Origin: Holosporales bacterium
Lineage (GTDB): Bacteria > Pseudomonadota > Alphaproteobacteria > Holosporales > Holosporaceae
Direction of reading: 5' to 3'
DNA: 64,000 bases
Assembly (NCBI GenBank): GCA_044378415.1
Contig: JBILXO010000001.1
Location: forward strand, 11,130-75,129
This document shows, piece by piece, positions 39,676 to 50,030 of this stretch. The notes beneath the pieces are model-generated. The model had not been told where the DNA came from, made no database searches, and saw only the letters and a program-made list of their open reading frames with translations. Numbering within the stretch: the stretch's first letter is position 1; every line of letters begins with the position of its first letter. Both the position numbers and the translations under genes were made by a program.

Positions 39676-40749
39676 ATGCTGCCCTTTTTAATATCGGTTT
39701 TGGCCTTTGTGGGGGTTTTGTCGCCGCTGGTTTTTTTACATGAATTGGGGCACTATTTAGCCGCCAAGGCTTGTGGTGTTCATGTTGAGCGCTTTTCCAT
39801 CGGTTTTGGCCCAAAAATTCTATCCTGGAAGGACAAGTCCGGAACAGAATGGATTTTTTCATGGATTTTATTGGGCGGATATGTTCAGATGTTGGGCGAT
39901 GCCAATGTCGCCAGCAGCGTATCCAAAGAAGTATCCGGGATAGATGGTTCTCGCACCATGGCTGGAAAAACCCATCTACAGCGCATTGCCATTGCGGCGG
40001 CTGGACCAGCTGTCAATTATTTCATTGCATTTGTGATGTTCGTGACCTTGTTTGTCAATGTGGGAAAGCCATACCACAAAACCACCGTGGGGGATGCGCC
40101 AGAAACATCGTATGCCTATCAATCAGGCATTCGAAAAAACGACGTGATTGACAAAGTTCAAGGCCAATCTGTGGAAACATTCGAAGGCGTATTGAACATT
40201 TTGAAAGGCAGTTCAGCAACGCAACCTTTAGAAATATCGATTATGCGGGATAAAGAGCCCGTCAATCTGGTCATCAATCCCCTTGTTGGTATGTCGAAAA
40301 CCGATGTTTGGTTCGGTAAATTACAGTTTTCTCCTGAAAAAACCACGCAATTTTACGAAAAGCAATCCATGGGTAAGGCCATAGGCGATACATTGTCGGC
40401 CATGAATCCATGGAGCATGCTGGAATCAATGAATTTGAAATCCATGGGCGGACCCATTGCCATTGCCCATCAGGCAGGCAACGTCATTCAACAAGGCTGG
40501 GTTCCTGTATTGTTCTTGATGGCCGGCTTATCTTTGGGCTTGGGTTTTTTCAATTTATTGCCTTTGCCTGTTTTGGATGGTGGCATGATATTCATAGAGG
40601 CCTTGGAATGGGTCAGTGGACGCTCTATATCTGCAAAAGTTCGTCAGGGCATTTCTGTGGCGGCTTTTGGAGCCCTCCTTTTACTGCTGGTTGTTTTGTC
40701 CTGGGGGGATTTGATGAAAATTCCAGCCATAGCAGCCTTGTTGTCCTGA
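39676..40749 (+). CDS. rseP: RIP zinc metalloprotease RseP (site-2 protease)
   Basis: HELGHYLAAKACGV (HExxH) and C-terminal FNLLPLPVLDGG, with a PDZ-like middle region. Confidence 0.9.
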   Translation: MLPFLISVLAFVGVLSPLVFLHELGHYLAAKACGVHVERFSIGFGPKILSWKDKSGTEWIFSWILLGGYVQMLGDANVASSVSKEVSGIDGSRTMAGKTHLQRIAIAAAGPAVNYFIAFVMFVTLFVNVGKPYHKTTVGDAPETSYAYQSGIRKNDVIDKVQGQSVETFEGVLNILKGSSATQPLEISIMRDKEPVNLVINPLVGMSKTDVWFGKLQFSPEKTTQFYEKQSMGKAIGDTLSAMNPWSMLESMNLKSMGGPIAIAHQAGNVIQQGWVPVLFLMAGLSLGLGFFNLLPLPVLDGGMIFIEALEWVSGRSISAKVRQGISVAAFGALLLLLVVLSWGDLMKIPAIAALLS

Positions 40750-40982
40750 TAGAATCATTCTAAAATTTGGTCGATCTGGGATATTTTGGAGATGGGGGAC
40801 GGGAAATGTTCTTGGGGCAGGGGTGGCGGGGTCCGTCAAAGGGATCTGGCCATCAACTCAGAGCTGGGCGCGCCTAGAAAAAATAACAGGCTGTTCTAAC
40901 CCCGTGCATCTTGGTATGTCCTGATTGCCTTTCGTCAGAACTTGGTTGACAATCAAATTATCGGTTTGTGTTTTCTATGTAA

Positions 40983-42422
40983 ATGGGTATGCCTTGTAAC
41001 CCGTCAAATACCTCTGGGGGCGTGTCGTCTAAAAAATTGCGCAATGTGGTCACATCCTGCATGATCGGCAATGCTTTGGAATGGTATGATTTCGCATTGT
41101 ATGGATATTTTGCCACGATTATAGGAAAGCTGACCTTTCCCCCTGATCAAAGCCCTGTATCCTTGTTGCTAAAAAGCTATGCTGTTTTTTTTCTGGGATT
41201 CATCATGCGCCCTTTGGGAGCTGTGGTTTTTGGATACATAGGAGATCGACATGGGCGAAAAAAAGCCCTGGTATGGTCCATTTATTGCATGGCCATTCCG
41301 ACAACGCTGATTGGATTGTTGCCAACATACAGTCAAGTGGGTGCCTGGTCGGCCGTATTGCTCATCGTATTGCGTCTATTTCAAGGGCTCTCTATGGGTG
41401 GAGAATTTACGGGATCCATGATTTTTGTCGTCGAGCATGCGCCAGAAGGTAAAAAGGGATTCTGGGGCAGCTGGTCATCTTTAAGTGTATTGATTGGATT
41501 GCTGTTGGGCTCTGTTTTTGGCATGATCATTAGCACTGTGCTGGACTCGGCTCAATTAGAGAGTTGGGGGTGGAGACTGCCGTTTTTACTCAGTTTTGGA
41601 GGCAGCTGGGTGGGTTCTGTTTTAAGAAAAGCCACAGAAGATTCTCGCGACGTTGCAGACGAAGAATGCAATCAGGGGTCTGATTTGAAGGGGGTTTGCC
41701 AAGAGGTCGGCCCTTTGAAGGAAAAATTTGAACACAGGAATCTTGCAGATGTCAAAGATGGGCACAGAAAATCCAATGCCACCGCTGAAAAGCCAAAGCC
41801 ATCGCCCATGCTTTTAGGCCAATTATTTGGACATTATTGGCGGGACATGATTCGGGTCGTGGTCATTGATGTGGTGGTGGCTATTGGTTTTTTCTTGGTT
41901 TGTATTTATATCATGACTTATGTTCAAACTTTCTCAAACGTCAGTTATCGATTTGCTGTTATGACCAATACGTTGAGTATGCTTGCTTTTGCAGCAACCA
42001 TACCTATGGCTGGATGGCTTAGTGATCGATGGGGAAGCATTGTGGTTATGCAGCGATCCATCGTTTTTCTAAGTCTGCTCAGCGTGCCATGTTTTTCTGC
42101 TCTAGGAAGTGGCAAACCCTGGATGATTCTGTGTGCTCACGGCTTGCTGTCTGCTGTCATGGGGTGTGTTTTTGCACCAGTTCCTGCGCTGATGGTCTCG
42201 ATTTTTCCACCCCATGTGCGGTATTCTGGGGTATCCATTGCCCACAATATCAGTATGGCAATTTTTGGAGGCAGCGCTCCAGAAGTGGCTACGTATTTGG
42301 TTGAACGGACCCAAAACACCCTGATGCCAGGGATTTTTCTGGCGTTGGCTGGGGGGGTGTCTTGGCTTGGACTTCAAAATTTAAGGGCATCAAGGTCCGA
42401 TGGTGTGTCAAAAATTATTTAA
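40983..42422 (+). CDS. MFS transporter, metabolite:H+ symporter (ProP-like) family
   Basis: GNALEWYDFALYGYFA and GYIGDRHGRKKAL signatures. Twelve TM helices with an enlarged charged central loop. Confidence 0.8.
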   Translation: MGMPCNPSNTSGGVSSKKLRNVVTSCMIGNALEWYDFALYGYFATIIGKLTFPPDQSPVSLLLKSYAVFFLGFIMRPLGAVVFGYIGDRHGRKKALVWSIYCMAIPTTLIGLLPTYSQVGAWSAVLLIVLRLFQGLSMGGEFTGSMIFVVEHAPEGKKGFWGSWSSLSVLIGLLLGSVFGMIISTVLDSAQLESWGWRLPFLLSFGGSWVGSVLRKATEDSRDVADEECNQGSDLKGVCQEVGPLKEKFEHRNLADVKDGHRKSNATAEKPKPSPMLLGQLFGHYWRDMIRVVVIDVVVAIGFFLVCIYIMTYVQTFSNVSYRFAVMTNTLSMLAFAATIPMAGWLSDRWGSIVVMQRSIVFLSLLSVPCFSALGSGKPWMILCAHGLLSAVMGCVFAPVPALMVSIFPPHVRYSGVSIAHNISMAIFGGSAPEVATYLVERTQNTLMPGIFLALAGGVSWLGLQNLRASRSDGVSKII

Positions 42423-42476
42423 CCTCTTTTCCATGAAAGAGTGGCTATTGTTTTAAAAAAGGGTTGATTTAATTCT

Positions 42477-43625
42477 ATGCAGATTGTGGTGAAAAAGTTT
42501 GGCGGAACGTCCTTGGCCAATGTGGACTGCATTCGTCATGTGGCCAATGTAATCCATCAAGCCCATCAAAAGCAGCAATCCTGCGTTATTGTGGTCTCTG
42601 CTATGGCTGGAACCACCAATCAGCTAGAGCACTGGGCCAACCAAGTGGGTGCTTCCTTGGGTCCCAACTCAGATCGGGACATGATCTTGTCCTCTGGGGA
42701 AATGATTACTGCAGGACTGTTGTCCCTGGCACTGCAAGCACGGGGGATAAAGTCGCGTTCATGGACTGGGTGGCAGGTACCTATAGTAACAACAGAGGAT
42801 TGGGGGCGATCTGATTCTGTTTTTGTTGGCACCCAGGGGCTATTGGCCGATATATCCCAGGGCATCATTCCTGTTATTTGTGGATTTCAGGGGGTTACAC
42901 CGGGTGGGCGAACAACAACGTTGGGTCGGGGCGGATCCGATACAACCGCTGTCATTATTGCCTCAGCGCTTGATGCAAAAACTTGTGAAATTTTCACCGA
43001 TGTTCAGGGTGTGTACAGCGCTGATCCTGCTTATGTAAAATCGGCATCGCCCTATAGTTCCCTATCCTATGAAAGCATGCTGATGCTGAGTCAGCATGGT
43101 GCCAAAGTTATGCATGCCAAGGCCATTGAATGGGCGCAACGACATCGTATCCCCATCCATGTTCTTTCGACCATGAAGCCCGATCAATCAGGGACATGGA
43201 TTATGGATAATGCCCCAGACGTCTGTGGTATTGTGTACAAGCCGGTGTTGAGCTGGAGAATGGATTGCTTGCCACAAGGGGAAATATTTCAAGAAAGGTC
43301 CAGAGAAAATCGTTGCGGAATAGCTTTTGTGGATTGGGTCGTTTCGGCCAAGGGATTGCACTTTTTAACCTGGGCCGAAGATTACCACCAGGTTCGATCT
43401 CAGTGGCCAGATGCGCGCTACTCTGATCCTAAAATGCTGATTAGCCTCATCGGATCTTCCCCAGCCACAGCCCAAGCCATGACATCTCATGCCTCTATTC
43501 CTATTGAACATTGTGTGCGGCAATCTGGTATGATAGGCGTTATGATTGAACAGAAGCATGCATACGATATGATTCGACATGCGCACAAACATTTGGAGAT
43601 GTATGCCAAATCATCTGGGGTATAA
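42477..43625 (+). CDS. lysC: Aspartate kinase
   Basis: VVKKFGGTSLANVD, VVVSAMAGTTNQL, LGRGGSDTTAV and FTDVQGVYSADP. Confidence 0.85.
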   Translation: MQIVVKKFGGTSLANVDCIRHVANVIHQAHQKQQSCVIVVSAMAGTTNQLEHWANQVGASLGPNSDRDMILSSGEMITAGLLSLALQARGIKSRSWTGWQVPIVTTEDWGRSDSVFVGTQGLLADISQGIIPVICGFQGVTPGGRTTTLGRGGSDTTAVIIASALDAKTCEIFTDVQGVYSADPAYVKSASPYSSLSYESMLMLSQHGAKVMHAKAIEWAQRHRIPIHVLSTMKPDQSGTWIMDNAPDVCGIVYKPVLSWRMDCLPQGEIFQERSRENRCGIAFVDWVVSAKGLHFLTWAEDYHQVRSQWPDARYSDPKMLISLIGSSPATAQAMTSHASIPIEHCVRQSGMIGVMIEQKHAYDMIRHAHKHLEMYAKSSGV

Positions 43626-44703
43626 GGGGCAACTGGATCCCCTCTGGTCCAAGGGCTTGTCCTTTTTGGGATGCCGATACAGCATTTTAGGGGGGGCTAT
43701 GACATGGATTTCCAACCATACTTTGGTATCAGCCCTTTCTCGAGCAGGAGGATTTGGCGTATTGGCTTGTGGGGCTTTGCCACCGCAGGCATTGCGTCTG
43801 GAAATCGAGCTAACCCAAAAATTAGCTTTGGGCCTGCCTTTTGGGGTCAATTTGATTATTTTTCACCCTAACATTGAGGAACTGGTCCGTGTATGTGGGG
43901 AAATGGGGGTCACCCATGTTTTCTTAGGTGGCGGCATTCCATCCCAGCCTCTGGTGCAACTTTTGCGCGATTGGGACATTCGCGTTATTGGATTTGCGCC
44001 CTCTGTCTTGGTGGCTCGGCGCATGATACGTATGGGGGTGCAAGCTTTGGTCATTGAGGGGCACGAGGCCGGTGGGCATGTGGGGCCCGTATCAACCCAA
44101 GTATTGGCCCAGGAAATTTTACCTCAAATAGAGGTCCCTGTCTTTGTAGCAGGCGGCATTGGTGATGGTCGATCCATTGTCAGTTATTTGGCTATGGGGG
44201 CATCTGGGTGCCAATTGGGTACGCGGTTTGTTTGTGCAACAGAGTCGTGTGCCCATGCGGCTTTTAAAGAGGCTTTTATTCGCGCATCTGCCCGAGATGC
44301 CACCCTGTCCCCTCAATTAGACCCTACATTTCCCATTATCCCTGTTCGAGCTCTTGAAAATGATGGCAAAAAGAAATTCATGGAATATCAGGCCGAAATG
44401 ATTCAGGCCTATAAAGACCAGAAATTGAGCAAAGAAGAGGCCCAGATGAACATTGAGATGTTTTGGGCCGGTGCTTTGCGTCGTGCCGTCATGGAGGGCG
44501 ATGTTCAGTACGGATCTGTGATGGCAGGTCAAAGTGTGGGTATGGTGCGGCAAATTGAATCATGTCAAAGCATTATAGATACCCTGGTATGCCAAGCTGT
44601 AGAGCATTGGGAAGGGTTAAAAAAGCATTTTGTGGAGGTTGGAGATGCTGTTGAGGTTAGAGATACCCAAGTTTTAGAAGTCCCCTCCATGAGATCGTTG
44701 TAG
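43603..44703 (+). CDS. Nitronate monooxygenase-family flavoprotein, possible enoyl-ACP reductase FabK
   Basis: ILGGAMTWIS..LVSALSRAGGFGVLA, IEGHEAGGHVG and VAGGIGDGRSIVSYLAMGASGCQLGTRF. The start is uncertain (ATG 43579 or 43603 overlap lysC; TTG 43657 is possible). Confidence 0.65.
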   Translation: MPNHLGYKGQLDPLWSKGLSFLGCRYSILGGAMTWISNHTLVSALSRAGGFGVLACGALPPQALRLEIELTQKLALGLPFGVNLIIFHPNIEELVRVCGEMGVTHVFLGGGIPSQPLVQLLRDWDIRVIGFAPSVLVARRMIRMGVQALVIEGHEAGGHVGPVSTQVLAQEILPQIEVPVFVAGGIGDGRSIVSYLAMGASGCQLGTRFVCATESCAHAAFKEAFIRASARDATLSPQLDPTFPIIPVRALENDGKKKFMEYQAEMIQAYKDQKLSKEEAQMNIEMFWAGALRRAVMEGDVQYGSVMAGQSVGMVRQIESCQSIIDTLVCQAVEHWEGLKKHFVEVGDAVEVRDTQVLEVPSMRSL

Positions 44704-45046
44704 ATGGGTCCATCTTTTTAGAATATTGGGCATTTTTGGCTCTTTTGAAGAGCTGGAAAATTGAGAAGTTCTGGCTGAAAGACAATGGGATGCCAAGTAG
44801 GTCGGAATCAATAAATTGGAATAAAGCGGGCGCGCCATTAATTCTAAAAATTCTTGATTCCATTGATGGTGCCATCCCTGAGGCCATTTTTACCCCCCTC
44901 CTTTTTCGCCCACCCCTAATAGGTTGCATGTTTCTGAAATAGGAACAGTGCAGGTGGGTCCAAGTTACCCACAATACAAAAAGATTCATTGACAGAACTC
45001 TAAAAATCTTTTTATCTAGAGCACAGCAGAGCTTTGTTCCCTCCAT

Positions 45047-45823
45047 ATGTTTTTGTTCCCAGATCCCATCGCGTTTTCCATTGGACCCTATTCCATCAAA
45101 TGGTATGGTCTGGCTTATGTTTTCGGGATTATCTTGGCATGGGTTTATGGGCGAACATGCATTCGCTTGGGGCGTTTTTCAAAGATCGGTCTTGGGGATT
45201 GGGATGGTGCCATAAATAGCATGATGCTTGGCGTTGTGATTGGGGGTCGTTTGGGATATTTTGCCCTGTATTCCCCTGAAACATTCTGGAGGGATCCATT
45301 GGAAATCATCCAAATATGGCGCCCTGGAATGGCTTTTCATGGCGGCCTCATTGGTGTCATTGGGGCTGTGTTTATTTACGCCCATTTGCGATCGTTGCAC
45401 CCATGGGTTCTGATGGATATAGCGGCTGTTTCAGCCCCCATAGGATTGTTTTTAGGCCGTTTGGCCAATTTTGTCAATCAAGAACATTGTGGATATTTGA
45501 CGAACATGCCCTGGGGGGTGGTGTTCCCAACGCTGCCCGATGGTCCAAGGCACCCCAGTCAGTTGTATGAGGCTGGATTAGAGGGCATTGGGCTGTTCTT
45601 AATTTTGAAGGCACTGATGCGGTCCAACCACGCAGGATATCCTGGGCAATTGAGCGGTATATTCCTAATAGGTTATGGCGTTATGCGCATCATTAGCGAG
45701 TTGTTCCGCATGCCTGATGGGATTTGGAAGGGTCTTACATTGGGACAGTGGTATTGCATCCCCTGCATTATTGCTGGGTGTATTTTGTATTTTTGGCCTT
45801 CGAAAGCCTGGAGCAGCCTTTGA
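45047..45823 (+). CDS. lgt: Prolipoprotein diacylglyceryl transferase
   Basis: IKWYGLAYVFGI, GMAFHGGLIGV, GRLANFVNQE and HPSQLYEA. Confidence 0.9.
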   Translation: MFLFPDPIAFSIGPYSIKWYGLAYVFGIILAWVYGRTCIRLGRFSKIGLGDWDGAINSMMLGVVIGGRLGYFALYSPETFWRDPLEIIQIWRPGMAFHGGLIGVIGAVFIYAHLRSLHPWVLMDIAAVSAPIGLFLGRLANFVNQEHCGYLTNMPWGVVFPTLPDGPRHPSQLYEAGLEGIGLFLILKALMRSNHAGYPGQLSGIFLIGYGVMRIISELFRMPDGIWKGLTLGQWYCIPCIIAGCILYFWPSKAWSSL

Positions 45824-45926
45824 AAAATTCAAAAAAATCAGTAGGATTTTTTTGAATTCTGTGTTCTGACTGTGCATGGAATGGTTTTTGCACTATTATG
45901 AACAAAATGACAAAAATGTTCTTAGT

Positions 45927-47939
45927 ATGAAACACTCTTTTTTCAAAAGCTTATCGTGGACAACAGTGGCGTTCTTATTGGGCTGTCAACCTGCCTTTTG
46001 CCCCCCTGGAAACAATGCCTCTGTCAAAAAAATCAACGCCATTAAAAAGAAAAAAAACAACAGCACATCTGGAATAAAGTCTGTTACAGAAGCTTTTCAA
46101 ATGGCCTATATTTACAATACAGACATTCAGACGGCCTTCAATAGTCTGAAAATGGCCCAGGAAAATTGCTTTAGAATGCGTTCAGAATGGATGCCAAATA
46201 TTACTGCGAATATAAACGCAAGTAAAAGTCCTACAAAAAATTTTATAACGAACAATGTTGGAACACTGGAAAATGTGGTTGAGGACTCCTATATCCAGAA
46301 ACAAGAAAACCGGAGCTGTACCGCCAACTTTCAAATTGTTCAGAACTTATACAATGGTGGGGCAACTAGGGCGAAAAATGAACAGGCCTTTGAGGTGTTC
46401 AAGGAACACTATTGTGATTTCAAAAACACAATACAGAATGTTTTTAACGAGGTTTTGAGGGCTTTTGTAGATATGTGTTGTTCCAGAGAGTATTATTTGA
46501 TCAGTAAAATGCGCGAAAAGAGCTTGAGTGTTTTGCGTGAAATGGCGAGAAATCGCTATGTTGCAGGGGATCAGCGCATGGTGGACGTTTCTCTGGCCAA
46601 TGCCCAGTGCATTCGCCAGACCATTGATGTGAACAACGCAAGGCTAGAATATATGAGCAAAAAATTAGAATTGGAGGCTTTAACGGGTAGTATTTTTTCC
46701 GATACCTTTGATTTTCCAGTACCGCTAGAGGTTGACCTTTACTCGGTCCAGGATTTTACTGCCTTGTGCTTGAAATCTAATCCAGTTATACAAAAACAGG
46801 TCCACGCTCAGCGTGCAGCGCGCTGCAGAGTCAATGAGTCTGCATCCAATTTTTTACCCAAAGTAGAGCTTCAATTAAACCAGAACCTGTCGGACACCTA
46901 TCAATTTGATCATAACGACAACTTTGAGTCCTTTCCAACCATCAACTCTACCCGAGGTTTTTCAGCTGCAATTGGTGTTGCGATCCCTATTCTTGATGGG
47001 GGTGGATTTCAGGCAGACTATCGTAGAACAGAATTAGAGGTCAAAGGCACTCGATTGAATTCAGAGGCTGTAAAAAGAAACCTGATTCGTGAAGTCAAGT
47101 CCACAATTGCCGCATACCAATTGTCATTGCAAAATGTTGTTTCTGCCAGGGAGGCTCTGAAGGAACAGGGTGCTGCATTTGCTTCTTCCAGACAGGAGTA
47201 CGCCCTGGGGGCAACAACCATGGTGGACTTGCTGGGACTAGAGGACCAATACGTCAATGCCATCAGGACATTGGTCGATGCCTTGGGGAAGGTGGTGCAA
47301 TACTCCTATAGCTTAAAGCGTCTATTGGGGCAATTGACACCCAATATGGTACATATCCAATCTATCAATAAAGATATTGTCGCCTATCGCAAATCATTTC
47401 AAACTGTTCTGTTTGCCTTGGGGGAAAATCAGTCCAAGACATCTCTTTATGAACAATCACCTTTGGATAAATCTAAAGGTGGCAGCGATATCTTAAAGGG
47501 CTGCGACGAGGGTGAGGGAGCGCTGGATTCCATTGAGTCTGCATTGAAAGAAGGTATCGATTGGTATCCTGTAGAAGGCATTGCTTTGGAAGAGGGCAGT
47601 TCGGATTCTTTGAAAGATCTGAATCCCGATATATTGCAAGAATTGTTGCTCAAGCAGGAAGGTGAATCATCGTCTAATTCGAATGCCAAGAATATGGATA
47701 TAGAGGCTTTGATGAATGCACCATTGGTAGAGTCCATTGAAAATCCTGGGCCAGGATCCGATAAAAACGGGATATCGGCTGATTTGAACAAGGGTCCTGA
47801 TTCTGACGTACTCCCTAGGGATGGGAAGGAAAATAAATCTAAAAAAAGACCAGATGTGAATTCTAAAAAATCTAAAAAATCTAAAAATGGACAAGTCGTT
47901 GATGGAGATGGGTCTAAAAAAACCAATGCAGAAATATAA
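45927..47939 (+). CDS. TolC-family outer-membrane efflux protein with a ~180-aa low-complexity C-terminal tail
   Basis: Lipoprotein-like signal (MKHSFFKSLSWTTVAFLLGC). Two OEP-type helical/beta repeats (LTEAFQMAYIYNTDIQTAF...; LTALCLKSNPVIQKQ...). The tail is D/E/S/G/K-rich. The ORF track starts at 45876. Confidence 0.65.
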   Translation: MKHSFFKSLSWTTVAFLLGCQPAFCPPGNNASVKKINAIKKKKNNSTSGIKSVTEAFQMAYIYNTDIQTAFNSLKMAQENCFRMRSEWMPNITANINASKSPTKNFITNNVGTLENVVEDSYIQKQENRSCTANFQIVQNLYNGGATRAKNEQAFEVFKEHYCDFKNTIQNVFNEVLRAFVDMCCSREYYLISKMREKSLSVLREMARNRYVAGDQRMVDVSLANAQCIRQTIDVNNARLEYMSKKLELEALTGSIFSDTFDFPVPLEVDLYSVQDFTALCLKSNPVIQKQVHAQRAARCRVNESASNFLPKVELQLNQNLSDTYQFDHNDNFESFPTINSTRGFSAAIGVAIPILDGGGFQADYRRTELEVKGTRLNSEAVKRNLIREVKSTIAAYQLSLQNVVSAREALKEQGAAFASSRQEYALGATTMVDLLGLEDQYVNAIRTLVDALGKVVQYSYSLKRLLGQLTPNMVHIQSINKDIVAYRKSFQTVLFALGENQSKTSLYEQSPLDKSKGGSDILKGCDEGEGALDSIESALKEGIDWYPVEGIALEEGSSDSLKDLNPDILQELLLKQEGESSSNSNAKNMDIEALMNAPLVESIENPGPGSDKNGISADLNKGPDSDVLPRDGKENKSKKRPDVNSKKSKKSKNGQVVDGDGSKKTNAEI

Positions 47940-48205
47940 GTAATGTATAAAATTGAGGTCACCAGAGTCACCAGACGGCTTTAGGAGCCCTTGAATCTGA
48001 TACAAATGAAGTATTTCGGTGGGGTAAATCTGGCAAGTTGGCCCACTTTAATTGGGATTAATTTGCTGATTCAACCTCCCCCAATTGATACATAATAAGT
48101 GCAGCAATGATCCCAATTCACATCTTGAAATGACAAAATGGTATGGGTAAAAAGCTGGTATGGTGAATAGAAAAAAGATATTTTTTGAAAGGAGCAGGGC
48201 CAACC

Positions 48206-48763
48206 ATGTCATCGAAACCAATACCCTTGTCTGTGCCTGCGGAAAAAGAAAATGAGCCTATGGAATCCGTGGATGATTTGCTAAGTTCCATTCGCCAACT
48301 GATGTCTCCTGAAAAATTATCAGACGATGCTGTTATCGATCTCAATCGTCCCGTTCAGCCTGATACATGGCGCCTATCTGAAAAAACATTATCCGAAAGC
48401 ACCTGCGCCTTATCCTCCTTTATCAGTGCCTTGGAAGAGCCAATCCCCGGCTCCCCGGAAAATGGCTCTGGGCATTCTTTCCAAAAAACATCTGAAACAG
48501 TGGGGAAAAATCGAGATAATGGACATGCGGAAAGTATGCGCGTGGAAGATTTGGTGGCGCAGTGCTTGCAGGCCCCCCTGGATCGATGGATTCGTGAGCA
48601 TTCAGATGTGGTTGCAGCCACGATGCGCAGTCAAGTTAATTTGCACGTTATTGATTTATTGCAACAATGGCTGGATCAACATTTGTCCGCATTGATTAAA
48701 GAATCCATTGATGGGCATTTGCAATCTTTGGTGAATATTGTTCGAAAAAACTCAAAAGAATAG
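48206..48763 (+). CDS. PopZ-like (DUF2497) pole-organizing protein homolog
   Basis: N-terminal NEPMESVDDLLSSIRQLMS (compare PopZ EPSMEEILASIRRII). The middle is P/S/E-rich. The C-terminal part reads VEDLV...LLQQWLDQHLSALIKESIDGHLQSLV (compare LKEWLDANLPSLVERLVREEIERV). SD AGGAG lies upstream of ATG 48206. Confidence 0.6.
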   Translation: MSSKPIPLSVPAEKENEPMESVDDLLSSIRQLMSPEKLSDDAVIDLNRPVQPDTWRLSEKTLSESTCALSSFISALEEPIPGSPENGSGHSFQKTSETVGKNRDNGHAESMRVEDLVAQCLQAPLDRWIREHSDVVAATMRSQVNLHVIDLLQQWLDQHLSALIKESIDGHLQSLVNIVRKNSKE

Positions 48764-48829
48764 AGTGTTCATTTTTAAAATCAGAGTGAAGAGATGGGTG
48801 GCGCCAGGCACAAAATCTTTTTAATGGTT

Positions 48830-48935
48830 ACGTTGTTGATTTATTCCAACAATGACTGGATCAATATTTGTCCGCATTGATTAAAGAATCCATTGATGGG
48901 CATTTGCAATCTTTGGTGAATATTGTTCGAAAAAA
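48830..48935 (+). pseudogene. Decayed duplicate of the last ~106 nt of the popZ-like gene
   Basis: About 96% identical to 48645-48750, offset by 185 nt, and it contains an in-frame TGA (CAACAATGACTGG against CAACAATGGCTGG). Confidence 0.85.
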
Positions 48936-49592
48936 TGGCCAGTTCTAATACAAGAAATGGGACCAAAAAAGACCGGTATCTTGGATTTTAAAGTGGATTC
49001 AGGGTGAAGGGGGGGGTGGGCTTGATACTCCGTGAAAACTTTTTCCAATCAGAACCTTGTCATTGCACCCTGTGTCCCCACCGGATTCATTCCGTATCTC
49101 TGCCAGAAAGCTGCTTTTGCGAACACATTCATTCATCTTGGGGTGCACCCAGTGACAAAATGTCGCGACACCTGTGTTTTTAATAACATATCTGAACTTT
49201 CTGTGAAAAATGGCCTTATGCCATGATTTTACAATCTGCTTTCACCAACTTTTATAAAGATCCAACTGCAAGTACCCGGCATTTTTTGGTGTAAATAAAT
49301 AGACCACAATGGATCCAAAAATTTCCCCTAGGGGTAATTTTCAATACAGTCCACATGTATTAATATTTATTTTCACTATTTCAAATAATTTCCAAAAAAA
49401 TTAATATATTTCCAATCTATTTAATTTGTAAATTATATTTTTTGTTTATATACCGGTACAATGAAATAAAATAATTAAAAGAAATAGGCCTGTGCTTGCC
49501 CAATTTTTTCCAAGGCCATTAGGGCGCAGTGAGGGTTGCGCATTTTTAATGGTTAATATATTATCAAAATTAATAAAAAATAAAAATAAAAA

Positions 49593-50030
49593 ATGAATTT
49601 ATTTGAAATAAAAAACTATTATATGCCAATAATAATGATTGGATTTTTTACGAACAGCACTGTTTGTGCAGCAGAGCATGGGCAAAGAGTCACTTGCCCA
49701 AAGCGTTGCGGCGACTTTTTTAAAAGACTCTCTTTCAGGGGAGGCGAAACAGAGCTGCCAGCCATAAATGCTGGGGCGAATCCGCAGAGGAACTCTTTAG
49801 ACAGCAGTGCATTTGATTTGGAGAGAGGCCCAAATCGCACAGAGAATCTTCCAGCCATTACCTCAGTCTATGATGCGAATGATGCAAAAAAAATGATGCT
49901 ATTTTCTAAAGCAGAACCCCAGTTTCTGGGCAGACCCAGATCGCCCAGTATCCTGGACTGCGACCTTGGTCCGGCATATTTAGGGTCAAGAACCTGGCCT
50001 AATGGCCCCCGTTTCATTGATGGGCATTGA
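49593..50030 (+). CDS. Secreted hypothetical protein, possibly the 5' part of a frameshifted gene
   Basis: 145-aa ORF behind a 350-bp extremely AT-rich leader, with a hydrophobic N-terminus (YMPIIMIGFFTNSTVCAA). Confidence 0.45.
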   Translation: MNLFEIKNYYMPIIMIGFFTNSTVCAAEHGQRVTCPKRCGDFFKRLSFRGGETELPAINAGANPQRNSLDSSAFDLERGPNRTENLPAITSVYDANDAKKMMLFSKAEPQFLGRPRSPSILDCDLGPAYLGSRTWPNGPRFIDGH

